Below are positions 18,351 to 27,102 of a stretch of 64,000 nt of DNA, piece after piece. The stretch's first letter is position 1, and each line of letters opens with the position of its first letter. Location of the stretch: IMG/VR virus record IMGVR_UViG_3300027901_000001; one strand, written 5' to 3'. Both the position numbers and the translations under genes were made by a program. The notes under the pieces were generated by a model. That model was given only the letters and a program-made list of their open reading frames with translations. It was not told where the DNA came from and ran no database searches. The stretch is from a virus.

Positions 18351-21128
18351 CTACACCCCTTCTCGTTCCGCACCGCCCGCTTCGGCGGCCCGCGTTCGCC
18401 CTCCTCTGCGTGCTCTCTTGTCCCTCGCAGTAACTCCCGCCTCCACACCAGCAGCCACGAGCTTCACCGCCCGAGGATCTTTCAAAAAAGCCTCCAAAGG
18501 CTCAGCCGCCGCGCCACCTCTACCCCGAACCATGAAGGTTTCGGTCACAGCTACCTGAGCCTCCGCTGCGGCCTCCTGCCGGGCTGCCTCAACGGGCCTC
18601 TTTCCTTTTCCACGCCGCCGGGCCTTGGGTTCCGGCTTCTCAGTCTCCCTCCCCCGCCGCGCAAGCGCCTCGGTGGTCTTCGCGTAAATCCGCGCCTTCA
18701 TCTTCTCGACGCGCTCGATGCCGCGACCGCCTTCTTCCACAACGCCACTTAGCTCTTTCCCCAGATGCGAAAACTCCTTCCGCACGTCCATCCCTGCGGT
18801 TTCCATCCTTTTCAGACGCTCCATGCCCAGCCGGTCAGCCTCTGCATTCGAGCGCCTACGCGCATCCTCCTTTTCCTTAATATCTTCATCCAGCTCTGTG
18901 ATGTCCCTTCTGAGATTCTGGAGGGTCTGTTTCACCCCCTTATCCACCGACTCGGCCAGTCCCCCAAGGCCCACCATTTCGAGCGCATCCTTGGGCAGCT
19001 TGTCCACAAGGAACTGGACGATCTCCAGGATATTGGCCGCCCCCTGCTTCAACGCCCTGACCGTCTTCTGCAACCCGACATCGACCTTGAAGAAAAACCC
19101 CTCCCACATATCGATTACCCAGTCCATCGCGCCGCCGATCCCCTCCTTGATGAAAACCGCAACGGCCTTCGCGGACTTGCCGACGATCACAAACGCCCCA
19201 GCCATAACAACAGCCGCCGCCTTCACGATGGTCTTCACCCCAACAATCGTTGCAGCGATGGCGGCGGCCCCTGTCGCAATCATCATGGGAAGGTTCTTCA
19301 TGAACCACTTTCCAAAAGGCTTCAGCGTATCCTCCCACATGGAAATGGCACCGCCTTTGATCGCCTCCCAAGCATCGAGTCCCACCCGCTTGATCATCTT
19401 AAAGGCTGGACCCAGCTCCTTCTTCAGCACCCCCCAGATTTCCTTCAGAACCGGAGCGATCAGATCCCAGTTCTTGTAGACGAGATAACCGATCCCGGCG
19501 AAGAGCATCAGCTTGATGGACAGCATCCCAAATACTTTGCCCAGGCCACCAAAAACCTTGCCGAGAACTGCGAAACCACCGAGCATCTTGAATCCAATGA
19601 TCATCGGACCTAGCGACGTAACCACGTCGATGATGGCGTCACCCCATCCTTCGGTCATCGGCGCGACCTTCTGCAACCACTTGGCAACGCCTCCGAGTAT
19701 GCCGCCCCTACCCGCCAGCTTCTCCAGAGACGGAAGAATGCCGTGCACCAACCCGTGACGGCGTACATCCAAGAATAGCTGGAGCAGCTCGGCAAAGGGG
19801 CCGCCCTTCTTCCGCAAGTTGTCGATCGTGTCGCCCAGACGCTTCCACGCCTTGGCCTGACGCTTTACGACCATCGCATCGGTCTGGGAGGTCATCTTGT
19901 TCAGACGGTTGGCGAACCGCTCCTCCATCAGGTCCATCTGTTCGGAGAAGGTCCGCGCCGCGCCGGACGCCCCCTTTGCCATCCGGCCTAACGCGCCGGA
20001 AGCTCCTTCAATCGGCCCACGCATAGACTCTATGACCTTCGCGCCTTCTGCACCCGCCTTCACCATGAACTTGATGGACTCGGGGAGCTGTTCCAGCAGC
20101 CGGAACTTCCTGGTTTCGTCGAGCGAAGCGTAGACCTTCTGGATCTCCTGAATGAACAGAGCCGGGTCGTCCGCCATGACCTCGAAGGCTTTGTCGATGG
20201 ATCCGTAGGTTTCCGCGAGCCGGGCGGTCATCTCGGGGAACTCCCCGCCCAGGCCAGCAAAGGTGCGCGCCAACTCCCTCCGCGACTCCGTGAGCTTCTG
20301 CATCACGTCGACGGCCGCCTGGAACGATTGCTCATACGGACCGCCCAACACGCGCTGGGTCGACGCCGCCAGGACAGTCAGGGACTTGACGGTATCCTCG
20401 ACGCTTCCGGCCATACCCTCCGGCAACCCGGCAATGGCGGCATCAGCGGCCTTCAGCGCCTCCGGCATCTGCCGGATTGCGTCCGCACCCGCGCCGGACA
20501 CTTCTCCGATCTTGGTAATCTCGTCCAGAAGAAGACCCGCACCCTTGGCCCCCAAACCGTAGCCCTGGGCTAGGCTGGTGAGCGTGTCGGCGAGCTGGTC
20601 TCCGCTCAGAATGCCCGCCTGCATCAGACCGCCGATCTCCCGGACGTTCAGACCGTAATCTTCGAGCTTGGCCCCGGACTTGGTGAGCAAGGCAATGGCC
20701 TTGGTCATCTCGGCCGCGTCCACCTCTAGGGTAAAAGACACACCAGAGATGGCCCCTTTGTACTCGTCCACGGCCTTCTTGAACTCCCCCAGGCCAGCGG
20801 TGGCCTCCCGATAGGTCTTGCCGAACTGCACCCCCCACGACTCGATCTGATTGGCCTGGGCCGCGTCTCCGAGCCCAGCCTTTTCAGCCAGCCCCTCCAT
20901 CGCATCGGTGAGCCGGTGTACCTGAAGGAAGTTGAGCGCGTTGATGGCGTTGCCGAACTTCATCAACCCGGAGGTCTGCTTCCCCACCTGGCGGATACTG
21001 TCGGACATCTCCTCGAAGCCGCCGCCAATCTGCTCGGTAACCTTGACCGCGCCCTTGTCCTTGGCTCCGAACATGAAGCCAAGGCCCAAGAGCCGACCCA
21101 TGCCACCGCCGCCGCCAGTAATTGCCAC
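18351..21128 (-). CDS. Tape measure protein
   Basis: 925-aa helical Ala/Gly/Leu-rich ORF with a central hydrophobic region, directly after the frameshifting tail chaperone. Confidence 0.85.
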   Translation of the reverse strand: MAITGGGGGMGRLLGLGFMFGAKDKGAVKVTEQIGGGFEEMSDSIRQVGKQTSGLMKFGNAINALNFLQVHRLTDAMEGLAEKAGLGDAAQANQIESWGVQFGKTYREATAGLGEFKKAVDEYKGAISGVSFTLEVDAAEMTKAIALLTKSGAKLEDYGLNVREIGGLMQAGILSGDQLADTLTSLAQGYGLGAKGAGLLLDEITKIGEVSGAGADAIRQMPEALKAADAAIAGLPEGMAGSVEDTVKSLTVLAASTQRVLGGPYEQSFQAAVDVMQKLTESRRELARTFAGLGGEFPEMTARLAETYGSIDKAFEVMADDPALFIQEIQKVYASLDETRKFRLLEQLPESIKFMVKAGAEGAKVIESMRGPIEGASGALGRMAKGASGAARTFSEQMDLMEERFANRLNKMTSQTDAMVVKRQAKAWKRLGDTIDNLRKKGGPFAELLQLFLDVRRHGLVHGILPSLEKLAGRGGILGGVAKWLQKVAPMTEGWGDAIIDVVTSLGPMIIGFKMLGGFAVLGKVFGGLGKVFGMLSIKLMLFAGIGYLVYKNWDLIAPVLKEIWGVLKKELGPAFKMIKRVGLDAWEAIKGGAISMWEDTLKPFGKWFMKNLPMMIATGAAAIAATIVGVKTIVKAAAVVMAGAFVIVGKSAKAVAVFIKEGIGGAMDWVIDMWEGFFFKVDVGLQKTVRALKQGAANILEIVQFLVDKLPKDALEMVGLGGLAESVDKGVKQTLQNLRRDITELDEDIKEKEDARRRSNAEADRLGMERLKRMETAGMDVRKEFSHLGKELSGVVEEGGRGIERVEKMKARIYAKTTEALARRGRETEKPEPKARRRGKGKRPVEAARQEAAAEAQVAVTETFMVRGRGGAAAEPLEAFLKDPRAVKLVAAGVEAGVTARDKRARRGGRTRAAEAGGAEREGV

Positions 21129-21133
21129 CTACA

Positions 21134-21307
21134 TCATCTCCGAGATTTCAACCGCGCCGCTCTCCACCGATCCAGGTTTTCTTTTTCGTCCGCGAACCTC
21201 CGACGCCTCCCACACGGCATCTTCATCAAGACATCGTATGGTTGATGCAAAGCCTCCATCAGGTAGAGGACCTCTGCCTCCAGCGCCTGGAGGTTGCCGA
21301 AGGGAAA
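21134..21307 (-). CDS. -1 frameshift extension of the tail assembly chaperone (gpT / T4 gp51-like)
   Basis: Open -1 frame after the T8 run: FPFGNLQALEAEVLYLMEALHQPYDVLMKMPCGRRRRFADEKENLDRWRAARLKSRR*, ending 6 nt before the tape measure start. Confidence 0.75.
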   Translation of the reverse strand, partial: FPFGNLQALEAEVLYLMEALHQPYDVLMKMPCGRRRRFADEKENLDRWRAARLKSRR

Positions 21308-22320
21308 AAAAAGGTTCGCTGCGTCACGTCCAGTTCCGTCACGAATTCTCGCTTACAGAACTGGCATTTGATGTCTATTTCCATATTGATATCCGGTTCG
21401 TTGAGATAGAAATTCTCCCGTAGCTGGTCGCGGTCTCCAGAGGTCCACCCCTTCACGATCGGATAAAGCTGCTCCGCCTCCTTGCTGAGCTTGATCTTCT
21501 TAGCCGACCCAGCCCCATAGACGAAATCGTCGAGCCCCAGCCTCACGCTTTTTTCGTTGATGGACACCAGCCGCATCATGATGGCGTAGGTTAGAATCTT
21601 GAAATCGTCCGTGTCAGACGTTGCCACGGCCCTCATGATCTTCTCCTGCGGAAGCGAAGAAACACGCCACACGATCTCATCGCCGCTGTCGAGCAGCTTT
21701 ACCGAGAAGTCCCGCTTGCCCGGCTCCGCCATCTCGTAGGTTTCCAGGTGTCCCAGGTTCACCTGGTAGCTGCCCTCTCGCTGGCAGTTGTCGATGGGAC
21801 ACCGAATGTCCATCTCGTACATATCCTTGCGCCGCTTCCAGTGCGTAACACGCCGGATCGAAACCAGCAGATGCTTCCTGGACCCCATCGGCAGCCGGTG
21901 GATCGCCTGGGTAATCTTGCCCTTTTCGGTGAGCGTCCCGATGCGCTCGGTGCAGTTCACCATGATGCCGGTCAACCGATCGATGATGTCGATGTTGTCG
22001 TTGCTGATCAGCTCCTCTTCGTCGCCGCCCAGCGACTTAACGTGCACCTCGTTGTGGACCACCCGATCCTCGTCCAGGTAACCACCGACGATAGTGAACA
22101 CCCCGCTCTCCGCAGCCGCGTCCGTGATGGTCTCATAGTCCCCGCTGCTATCCTCAACAACATCGCCCTGAAGGGCCTGCTGAAGATGCGGCGACGGCGT
22201 TCCCCGCTCCAGCCCCGGACCGCCAGGCGGCGCGGGCTGTGGTGCTGGCAATTCACCTGGTTGTCCACCTGCCAGATTAACCGGTGCCTTGGCCTCGGCC
22301 TTTCCTGATCCTGCTCCCAT
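21259..22320 (-). CDS. Tail assembly chaperone (gpG / T4 gp26-like)
   Basis: Two Cys pairs (RCPIDNC, KCQFC), ends in FFFP over the slippery run, immediately upstream of the tape measure gene. Confidence 0.7.
   Translation of the reverse strand: MGAGSGKAEAKAPVNLAGGQPGELPAPQPAPPGGPGLERGTPSPHLQQALQGDVVEDSSGDYETITDAAAESGVFTIVGGYLDEDRVVHNEVHVKSLGGDEEELISNDNIDIIDRLTGIMVNCTERIGTLTEKGKITQAIHRLPMGSRKHLLVSIRRVTHWKRRKDMYEMDIRCPIDNCQREGSYQVNLGHLETYEMAEPGKRDFSVKLLDSGDEIVWRVSSLPQEKIMRAVATSDTDDFKILTYAIMMRLVSINEKSVRLGLDDFVYGAGSAKKIKLSKEAEQLYPIVKGWTSGDRDQLRENFYLNEPDINMEIDIKCQFCKREFVTELDVTQRTFFFPSATSRRWRQRSST
21304..21312 (-). promoter_or_regulatory. Programmed -1 ribosomal frameshift slippery site
   Basis: ACC TTT TTT TTC contains the X XXY YYZ heptamer T TTT TTC in the zero frame. 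Confidence 0.75.
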
Positions 22321-22354
22321 CTTCTCCTCCTTCTGTAGCTCCCACTACATTCAC

Positions 22355-23146
22355 CTATTGGATAATCTCGGACAGCCGTTCTATCCAACGGCTGCGCTCC
22401 TCTCCTTTCAACCTTCGCCTTCTGCGTCTCTTCTTTTTTTCACCCCCTATCGGCGTCACACGGCGCAATGGCGGCCCGAGGGGCACGTGGTACCGGGCGA
22501 TGTTCCCGGTCCCCATCACACCACTGGAGGCCCTGGTAGGCCCTACCTTGATAGGGGTCAAAACCTCTCCTGGAGGCGTCGCCTGCTCGGAGGCAGTCGA
22601 CTGCCTTTGGGGAATCGGCCGAATGGCCGTTATCTTGCACTTGTTGATCTTCTCAATCCGATTCTTTGCCGTCTTCTCGTGCGCCTCGCACACTGGAATA
22701 TATGCACGCCCATCTGCCCACTCGTAAGACTTGGTGGCCGGGCTATCACAGTACTTGCACTTCTGAGACTTCGTGGCTTTGCCCTCGACGAGGGACTCGG
22801 ATTTCGGGGGCTCTGGACCACCTGCGGCCGGGCGCGTGGGCGCACGCGGGGGCTGCTTCTTGGCGGTCTCGTCCTCCCCCTCTTTTCCCCCTTTGCCGGG
22901 CTCAGGAGCCGCTTTACTGCCCGGACGCGCCGGAGGCACCCTATCCCCCTTCCGCCGCTTCTTCTTGTCCTTGCTGGGCCTCCTCTTGCCGTACAGAGCG
23001 TCCTGCTCCTCCCCCTCCTCATCGCCCTGCATATTCAGGAAAAACACCGACAACGGAACGAGCTTCACCGCCGGAGCCGTCGGACCGTACATCCCGATGG
23101 TCCCGATGGGAGCGCTGACAGCGCGTGTGCTCATTCCGTACGTCAT
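22355..23146 (-). CDS. Low-complexity basic protein with a CxxC...CxxH zinc-finger-like segment
   Basis: KCKYCDSPATKSYEWADGRAYIPVCEAH; Pro/Lys/Arg-rich flanks. Confidence 0.55.
   Translation of the reverse strand: MTYGMSTRAVSAPIGTIGMYGPTAPAVKLVPLSVFFLNMQGDEEGEEQDALYGKRRPSKDKKKRRKGDRVPPARPGSKAAPEPGKGGKEGEDETAKKQPPRAPTRPAAGGPEPPKSESLVEGKATKSQKCKYCDSPATKSYEWADGRAYIPVCEAHEKTAKNRIEKINKCKITAIRPIPQRQSTASEQATPPGEVLTPIKVGPTRASSGVMGTGNIARYHVPLGPPLRRVTPIGGEKKKRRRRRRLKGEERSRWIERLSEIIQ
22592..22605. repeat. Dispersed 14-bp palindrome, copy 2
   Basis: GGCAGTCGACTGCC, exact; extends to 16 bp (A...T); inside a CDS (R-Q-S-T-A). Confidence 0.9.
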
Positions 23147-23164
23147 TTGCTTTTCAGCCTATCA

Positions 23165-23542
23165 TCACGAATTGAAATTCGTCACGCTCTCTGTAGCGAA
23201 CAGCTCCGCCTTCTCCACCAGCGTCTCACGGCGAGGAGGAGTCTCGCCGTGGTCCACCCACAATTCGTACTGATTCGCACCGGTTTCCAGCTTCTCGGTA
23301 TCCGCAACTTCCAGCGTTAGAATCGCCACACCATTTTCCCTGTCGATGATCTCGATGCCGCCGCCGGAATCCGTGGTCTTGGTAAAAAATACCGTGCTAC
23401 CCCGGAACGCCGTAAAAATAAGCCGCACCCCGCTGGCCAGCTTAGGCTTGGCCCCACTCTTCTTTTTGATGGTGATCTGGAAGGACTTGCTCTGTCCCTT
23501 CACCACGCGCAAGCTGTTCAGTAAATTCGGGGGATAGGCCAT
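23165..23542 (-). CDS. Hypothetical beta-rich virion protein (BppU N-terminal-like)
   Basis: LRVVKGQSKSFQITI...GVAILTL..ADT..L..G...YELWV pattern; start set at the TGATG overlap at 23542. Confidence 0.5.
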   Translation of the reverse strand: MAYPPNLLNSLRVVKGQSKSFQITIKKKSGAKPKLASGVRLIFTAFRGSTVFFTKTTDSGGGIEIIDRENGVAILTLEVADTEKLETGANQYELWVDHGETPPRRETLVEKAELFATESVTNFNS

Positions 23543-23676
23543 CAGCAATCCTCCACGGTGGCCGTCAGAGTGTCGGGCGCGTCGCCGACTATGGCCTCCA
23601 AGCCCTGGTCGCTTTCTTCCACCACGGCTGTCAGCGTGTCCGGTGCATCTCCTACTGTTGCCATCAGCTCATCCAT
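23542..23676 (-). CDS. 44-aa acidic protein with an internal repeat
   Basis: Below the ORF-track cutoff: MDELMATVGDAPDTLTAVVEESDQGLEAIVGDAPDTLTATVEDC*. TGATG overlaps at both ends. Confidence 0.65.
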   Translation of the reverse strand: MDELMATVGDAPDTLTAVVEESDQGLEAIVGDAPDTLTATVEDC

Positions 23677-24362
23677 CAGAAAATCCCACTAGCAACATTG
23701 ACCGCACCGGTTACAGCCCCGACCGCCCCAGAAATCCCCGGAGCGATGGTCGAAACCGTAACCTCCTGGACGTACTCCGGCTGCACTTCAAGCTCCACAA
23801 TCGAGACATCGCTGGCCGAAGCGTCAAAATCCGAACCCGCTTTGTACCTGGTCGGCACGCAGTCGTGCAGCGACCAGCACCGGCCGGGGATTCGATCCTC
23901 AATAAAACTCGCCAGAATAGCTCCTCCGGCTGCTCCGGTAACCCCTCCAGCCAGGCCGCTGGTGGCCAAACCAGCAGCAGCCCCGACCGCAGCCCCTACT
24001 GCAAGCTGCGCAGTTCCGCCACTCCGCAACCCTAAAAAGTGGATCAGAAACAAGGTCCTCCTGGAGGGATCCTCCCCCCGGATGGCCCTGGTGATCCAGT
24101 TATACATATCGGAGTCGTAAAAGCGCGCCCCACGGGAAAGGGTAATCGGCCCGGCGTCGGCGGTCTTGACCACCCGGCGCTTGTACTCCCAGTTGCCTGG
24201 CTGGATATCGCGCAGCTCGGTGGTGATCTCCGGCGCGGTGATGGCGCTGAACGCCAACGACGGATCGAGCACCGGAAACAGGATATTGCCCCCCATCACC
24301 CCGGCATCAAACAGCCAGAAGTTGAAAACCTGAAGTACGTCCTCAAGCCTCTCGCGGGGCAC
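23676..24362 (-). CDS. Tail tube protein 2 (T4 gp19 family)
   Basis: FNFWL...AFSAITAPEIT...ITLSRG...W; C-terminal PTRYKAGSDFDASASDVSIVELEV. Confidence 0.8.
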   Translation of the reverse strand: MPRERLEDVLQVFNFWLFDAGVMGGNILFPVLDPSLAFSAITAPEITTELRDIQPGNWEYKRRVVKTADAGPITLSRGARFYDSDMYNWITRAIRGEDPSRRTLFLIHFLGLRSGGTAQLAVGAAVGAAAGLATSGLAGGVTGAAGGAILASFIEDRIPGRCWSLHDCVPTRYKAGSDFDASASDVSIVELEVQPEYVQEVTVSTIAPGISGAVGAVTGAVNVASGIF

Positions 24363-24404
24363 CGTCAGCCTCCAGGTGGCCAGCAGGCCACAAAATCCTG
24401 GCGA

Positions 24405-24968
24405 CTACGGCAAGGATGCTTGAACACCAGGCGGGGTATAAATCTCCGGCCTTTCGTAATCGACATCCACCTCTGCCAGGCTGACATCCGAGGTGCTGGC
24501 ATCCAGGTCTCCAGCGAGTTTGACGCGAGCCGGTATCGCCTCTCGACAGATGTACACCTTGGAATTCTGCATCGTAAAATCGTTGGCCGCGTCGAAAGGA
24601 TAGGACCGCCCTTGTCTCATAGCGTGATAATAGACGAGATCGGTTCGATACTCGCGCCCTTCGGCCGCCGCGATAGCCCACACGTAGAACGCCGTGTCGT
24701 ACCTCGCCACACCTCTGCTGAGCGTCAAGGTGTTGGTAGATGGAATACCGGAATACTTCTGAGTGTATGTCTTGATCCCCTCTCGATACTCCGAAGTCTC
24801 TATCGTCAGTTCCGGAGACGTTGCTGCCTGGAATCCAGCTTCGGCCTCCAGGCCGACCCCGTAACCCGCCGCCGGTTGCAACGGATCGTCCGCAATACCT
24901 GGCACCGCACTCGCCCGGACGTGATACCGGAACGCATGAAGTGGATCTGTCGCCATCGCTCTTGCCAT
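24405..24968 (-). CDS. Tail tube protein 1 (T4 gp19 family)
   Basis: TDPLHAFRYHV, AGFQAATSPELTIETSEYREG, LTLSRGV, DLDASTSDVSLAEV. Confidence 0.85.
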   Translation of the reverse strand: MARAMATDPLHAFRYHVRASAVPGIADDPLQPAAGYGVGLEAEAGFQAATSPELTIETSEYREGIKTYTQKYSGIPSTNTLTLSRGVARYDTAFYVWAIAAAEGREYRTDLVYYHAMRQGRSYPFDAANDFTMQNSKVYICREAIPARVKLAGDLDASTSDVSLAEVDVDYERPEIYTPPGVQASLP

Positions 24969-24986
24969 GATCTCCTCCTGCTTCTC

Positions 24987-25559
24987 CTACCTTTCACCCG
25001 GAAGAATCATCCCGTCCAGCGGCGGTAAAAGATCTCCCAGGGTGGTATCTGCGCCTCTCCCCAGCTCCAGGGGCGAAGGCAAATTCCGAACTCTGTTCAC
25101 GAACTCGCGGAGCGTCATCTCCTGTTCCGCCATTTCATCCGCGATGAGGTTGTAGAGACTGGGCCACTTCTCGACCATCACCAGGATCTCCCCGGCCCGG
25201 TCCAGGTAGCTGTAATTGCGCTCGGCCGACCGGGTTCCACTGTCCCGCATCACACGTCCGAATCCGGCCTGGGGCATCATCTCCTTCAACTCGATACCGT
25301 TTTGGACCAGTTTTTCGGCATAGGCCGGGCCAAAGTGGGCCACGGCATTTTCCCGAATCCAGTTGCTCCAGCGCGGCTGATCCATCGACTCATGGCCCAC
25401 CACGACCAGAGGCAGCACTCCGTGAGCATCGCGGCCCGGATAGTTGTCGTGCCGCAGCCGCATCAGCTTGACGATGAACCCCATCTCGTCCAACGGCTCC
25501 GATCGAACCGCCATCGGCTCATCATATATGGCCTCTTCAAGCTGTTTTGCGATTCCCAT
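24987..25559 (-). CDS. Hypothetical protein, candidate internal head protein
   Basis: ORF with AAAGGA RBS; N-terminus MGIAKQLEEAIYDE matches a motif shared with two head-region genes. Confidence 0.6.
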   Translation of the reverse strand: MGIAKQLEEAIYDEPMAVRSEPLDEMGFIVKLMRLRHDNYPGRDAHGVLPLVVVGHESMDQPRWSNWIRENAVAHFGPAYAEKLVQNGIELKEMMPQAGFGRVMRDSGTRSAERNYSYLDRAGEILVMVEKWPSLYNLIADEMAEQEMTLREFVNRVRNLPSPLELGRGADTTLGDLLPPLDGMILPGER

Positions 25560-25606
25560 CTTCGGTCCTTTCTATCACACCCCTCTCAGAGGAGGCTACT
25601 TTTAGG

Positions 25607-26464
25607 TCATGCCTCCAGGCTCTTCGCTGCGTCATACCCCTCCTTCTGAATCTTTACCGCCTCATGGGGATCGAAGTGCAGCGGATCGTCATTCAGCAAA
25701 TGCGCGGCATGAATTATCCGGAGCTTGATCTTCTTTTTGCCCTCGATCTCTTCGTACTCCAGCAGCCGGGTCAGAAGCTGGGCGTACTTCGCGTCTACCC
25801 AGGTAAGCTGATCACTCATCACGTCGATAGAACGTATGGCCACATCTGGCCAATCCGGGTTACGCTCGAACTTCGCCGTCGGCTTGGGCGGATGGCAGAT
25901 TGACACATCGATTTCATCACAGCCCAGATCGATAAGGGCCTTCACCGGCGTCACGTGCCGCACGCCGCCATCGGTCCAGAGCTGGCCGTCGGTCTGAATG
26001 GGCTCGAAGAAAGCCGGGTAGCTGGCCGATGCCAAGACCGCCTCCGCCAACGGGCTGTAGGTCTCATCAAACAGCCGGTAGCTGGTGGTATCCAGCGACA
26101 CCGCGCCGATCCGGAGCTTCTTGCCGGATGCCCGGACCCTTTCCTCGTCCAGCGTCTTCTTCACCAATTCTTGAAGGGGCTTGCTATTGAGCGCGCTCGA
26201 CTTCCAAATGCTGACCTTGCCAAACAGAAACCAGCTCTTCCAGATGTCGGGGTCCTGAATCGGCGTGAACAGGTCCTTTAGATCCTGGGCGGCCTGCATC
26301 TCCTCACCCGTCTTATACTGAGTCAGGAAGGAGCCCACCAGTGCGCCCACACTCACGCCCGCATAGGCATCGTACTCGGTCCGCAGGTCACCCAGAAGGT
26401 GGTCAACCACTCCCACGTGGAACTGACCCCTAGACCCCCCACCGCTGAGCGCAAGTCCCCGCAT
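25607..26464 (-). CDS. Patatin-like phospholipase
   Basis: LALSGGGSRG, GVSVG (GxSxG), ASASYP and DGG motifs all intact; start at the TGATG overlap. Confidence 0.9.
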   Translation of the reverse strand: MRGLALSGGGSRGQFHVGVVDHLLGDLRTEYDAYAGVSVGALVGSFLTQYKTGEEMQAAQDLKDLFTPIQDPDIWKSWFLFGKVSIWKSSALNSKPLQELVKKTLDEERVRASGKKLRIGAVSLDTTSYRLFDETYSPLAEAVLASASYPAFFEPIQTDGQLWTDGGVRHVTPVKALIDLGCDEIDVSICHPPKPTAKFERNPDWPDVAIRSIDVMSDQLTWVDAKYAQLLTRLLEYEEIEGKKKIKLRIIHAAHLLNDDPLHFDPHEAVKIQKEGYDAAKSLEA

Positions 26465-27102
26465 CACTTCCAAAGCCGATAAGCAACCGTGATCTTCGGC
26501 TGCGTCCCTTCCGTCGCCACTGAATGGTATTTGGCTCTAAGTTTGAACCCAGTAGGAATGGAGGTGGACCCCTCAGAAACAGCCCCAACCTTCCCCGACG
26601 GCGGAATATAAACTGTTTCACCATACTGTCCCACAACGGCATCAGACCCATTCAAAACGAAAAGTTCAACGTAGTCCCCGTCGGTAAAATCTTTTACTTC
26701 CGCCAAAGCCCCTTGCAAAGCCATCGCTTCGGGCAGCGCATAGTCGTTATTAGTGTCGGTGTTCAGAGCAGCGTCGAACTGCACACCCTTAATAAAAAGA
26801 TGCTTGTTCTTGTTATCGGTAGGACACGCCCTGACGTAGGACACCACATCATCCGGCAACGGGAGGCCCGAGTGATTGCCGATAATGCCCCCACACGGAT
26901 TCGTGGTGTCTCCATCGAGAAGAGTCTTGTCGGCCGCAGGCAAGTCAGCCTTGAACTGAACTGTGAGGGCATCGCCGTTCACATTGACACCATCTAACGC
27001 AATAGTGATGGCGCTCAAACCAATTTCCTGGATAAGCCTGTCCGAATCGACCTTCCCGGAAATCACGTCCTCGCTGATGGTGTAATTAAAAATGCTGGCC
27101 AT
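26464..27102 (-). CDS. Hypothetical virion (decoration-like) protein
   Basis: Beta-rich ORF translationally coupled at both ends. Confidence 0.55.
   Translation of the reverse strand: MASIFNYTISEDVISGKVDSDRLIQEIGLSAITIALDGVNVNGDALTVQFKADLPAADKTLLDGDTTNPCGGIIGNHSGLPLPDDVVSYVRACPTDNKNKHLFIKGVQFDAALNTDTNNDYALPEAMALQGALAEVKDFTDGDYVELFVLNGSDAVVGQYGETVYIPPSGKVGAVSEGSTSIPTGFKLRAKYHSVATEGTQPKITVAYRLWK

Noticed and set aside
26409-26424. Second parS-like sequence ACTCCCACGTGGAACT
   Set aside because: Only 12/16 match, not palindromic, and explained by the QFHVGV codons of the patatin.
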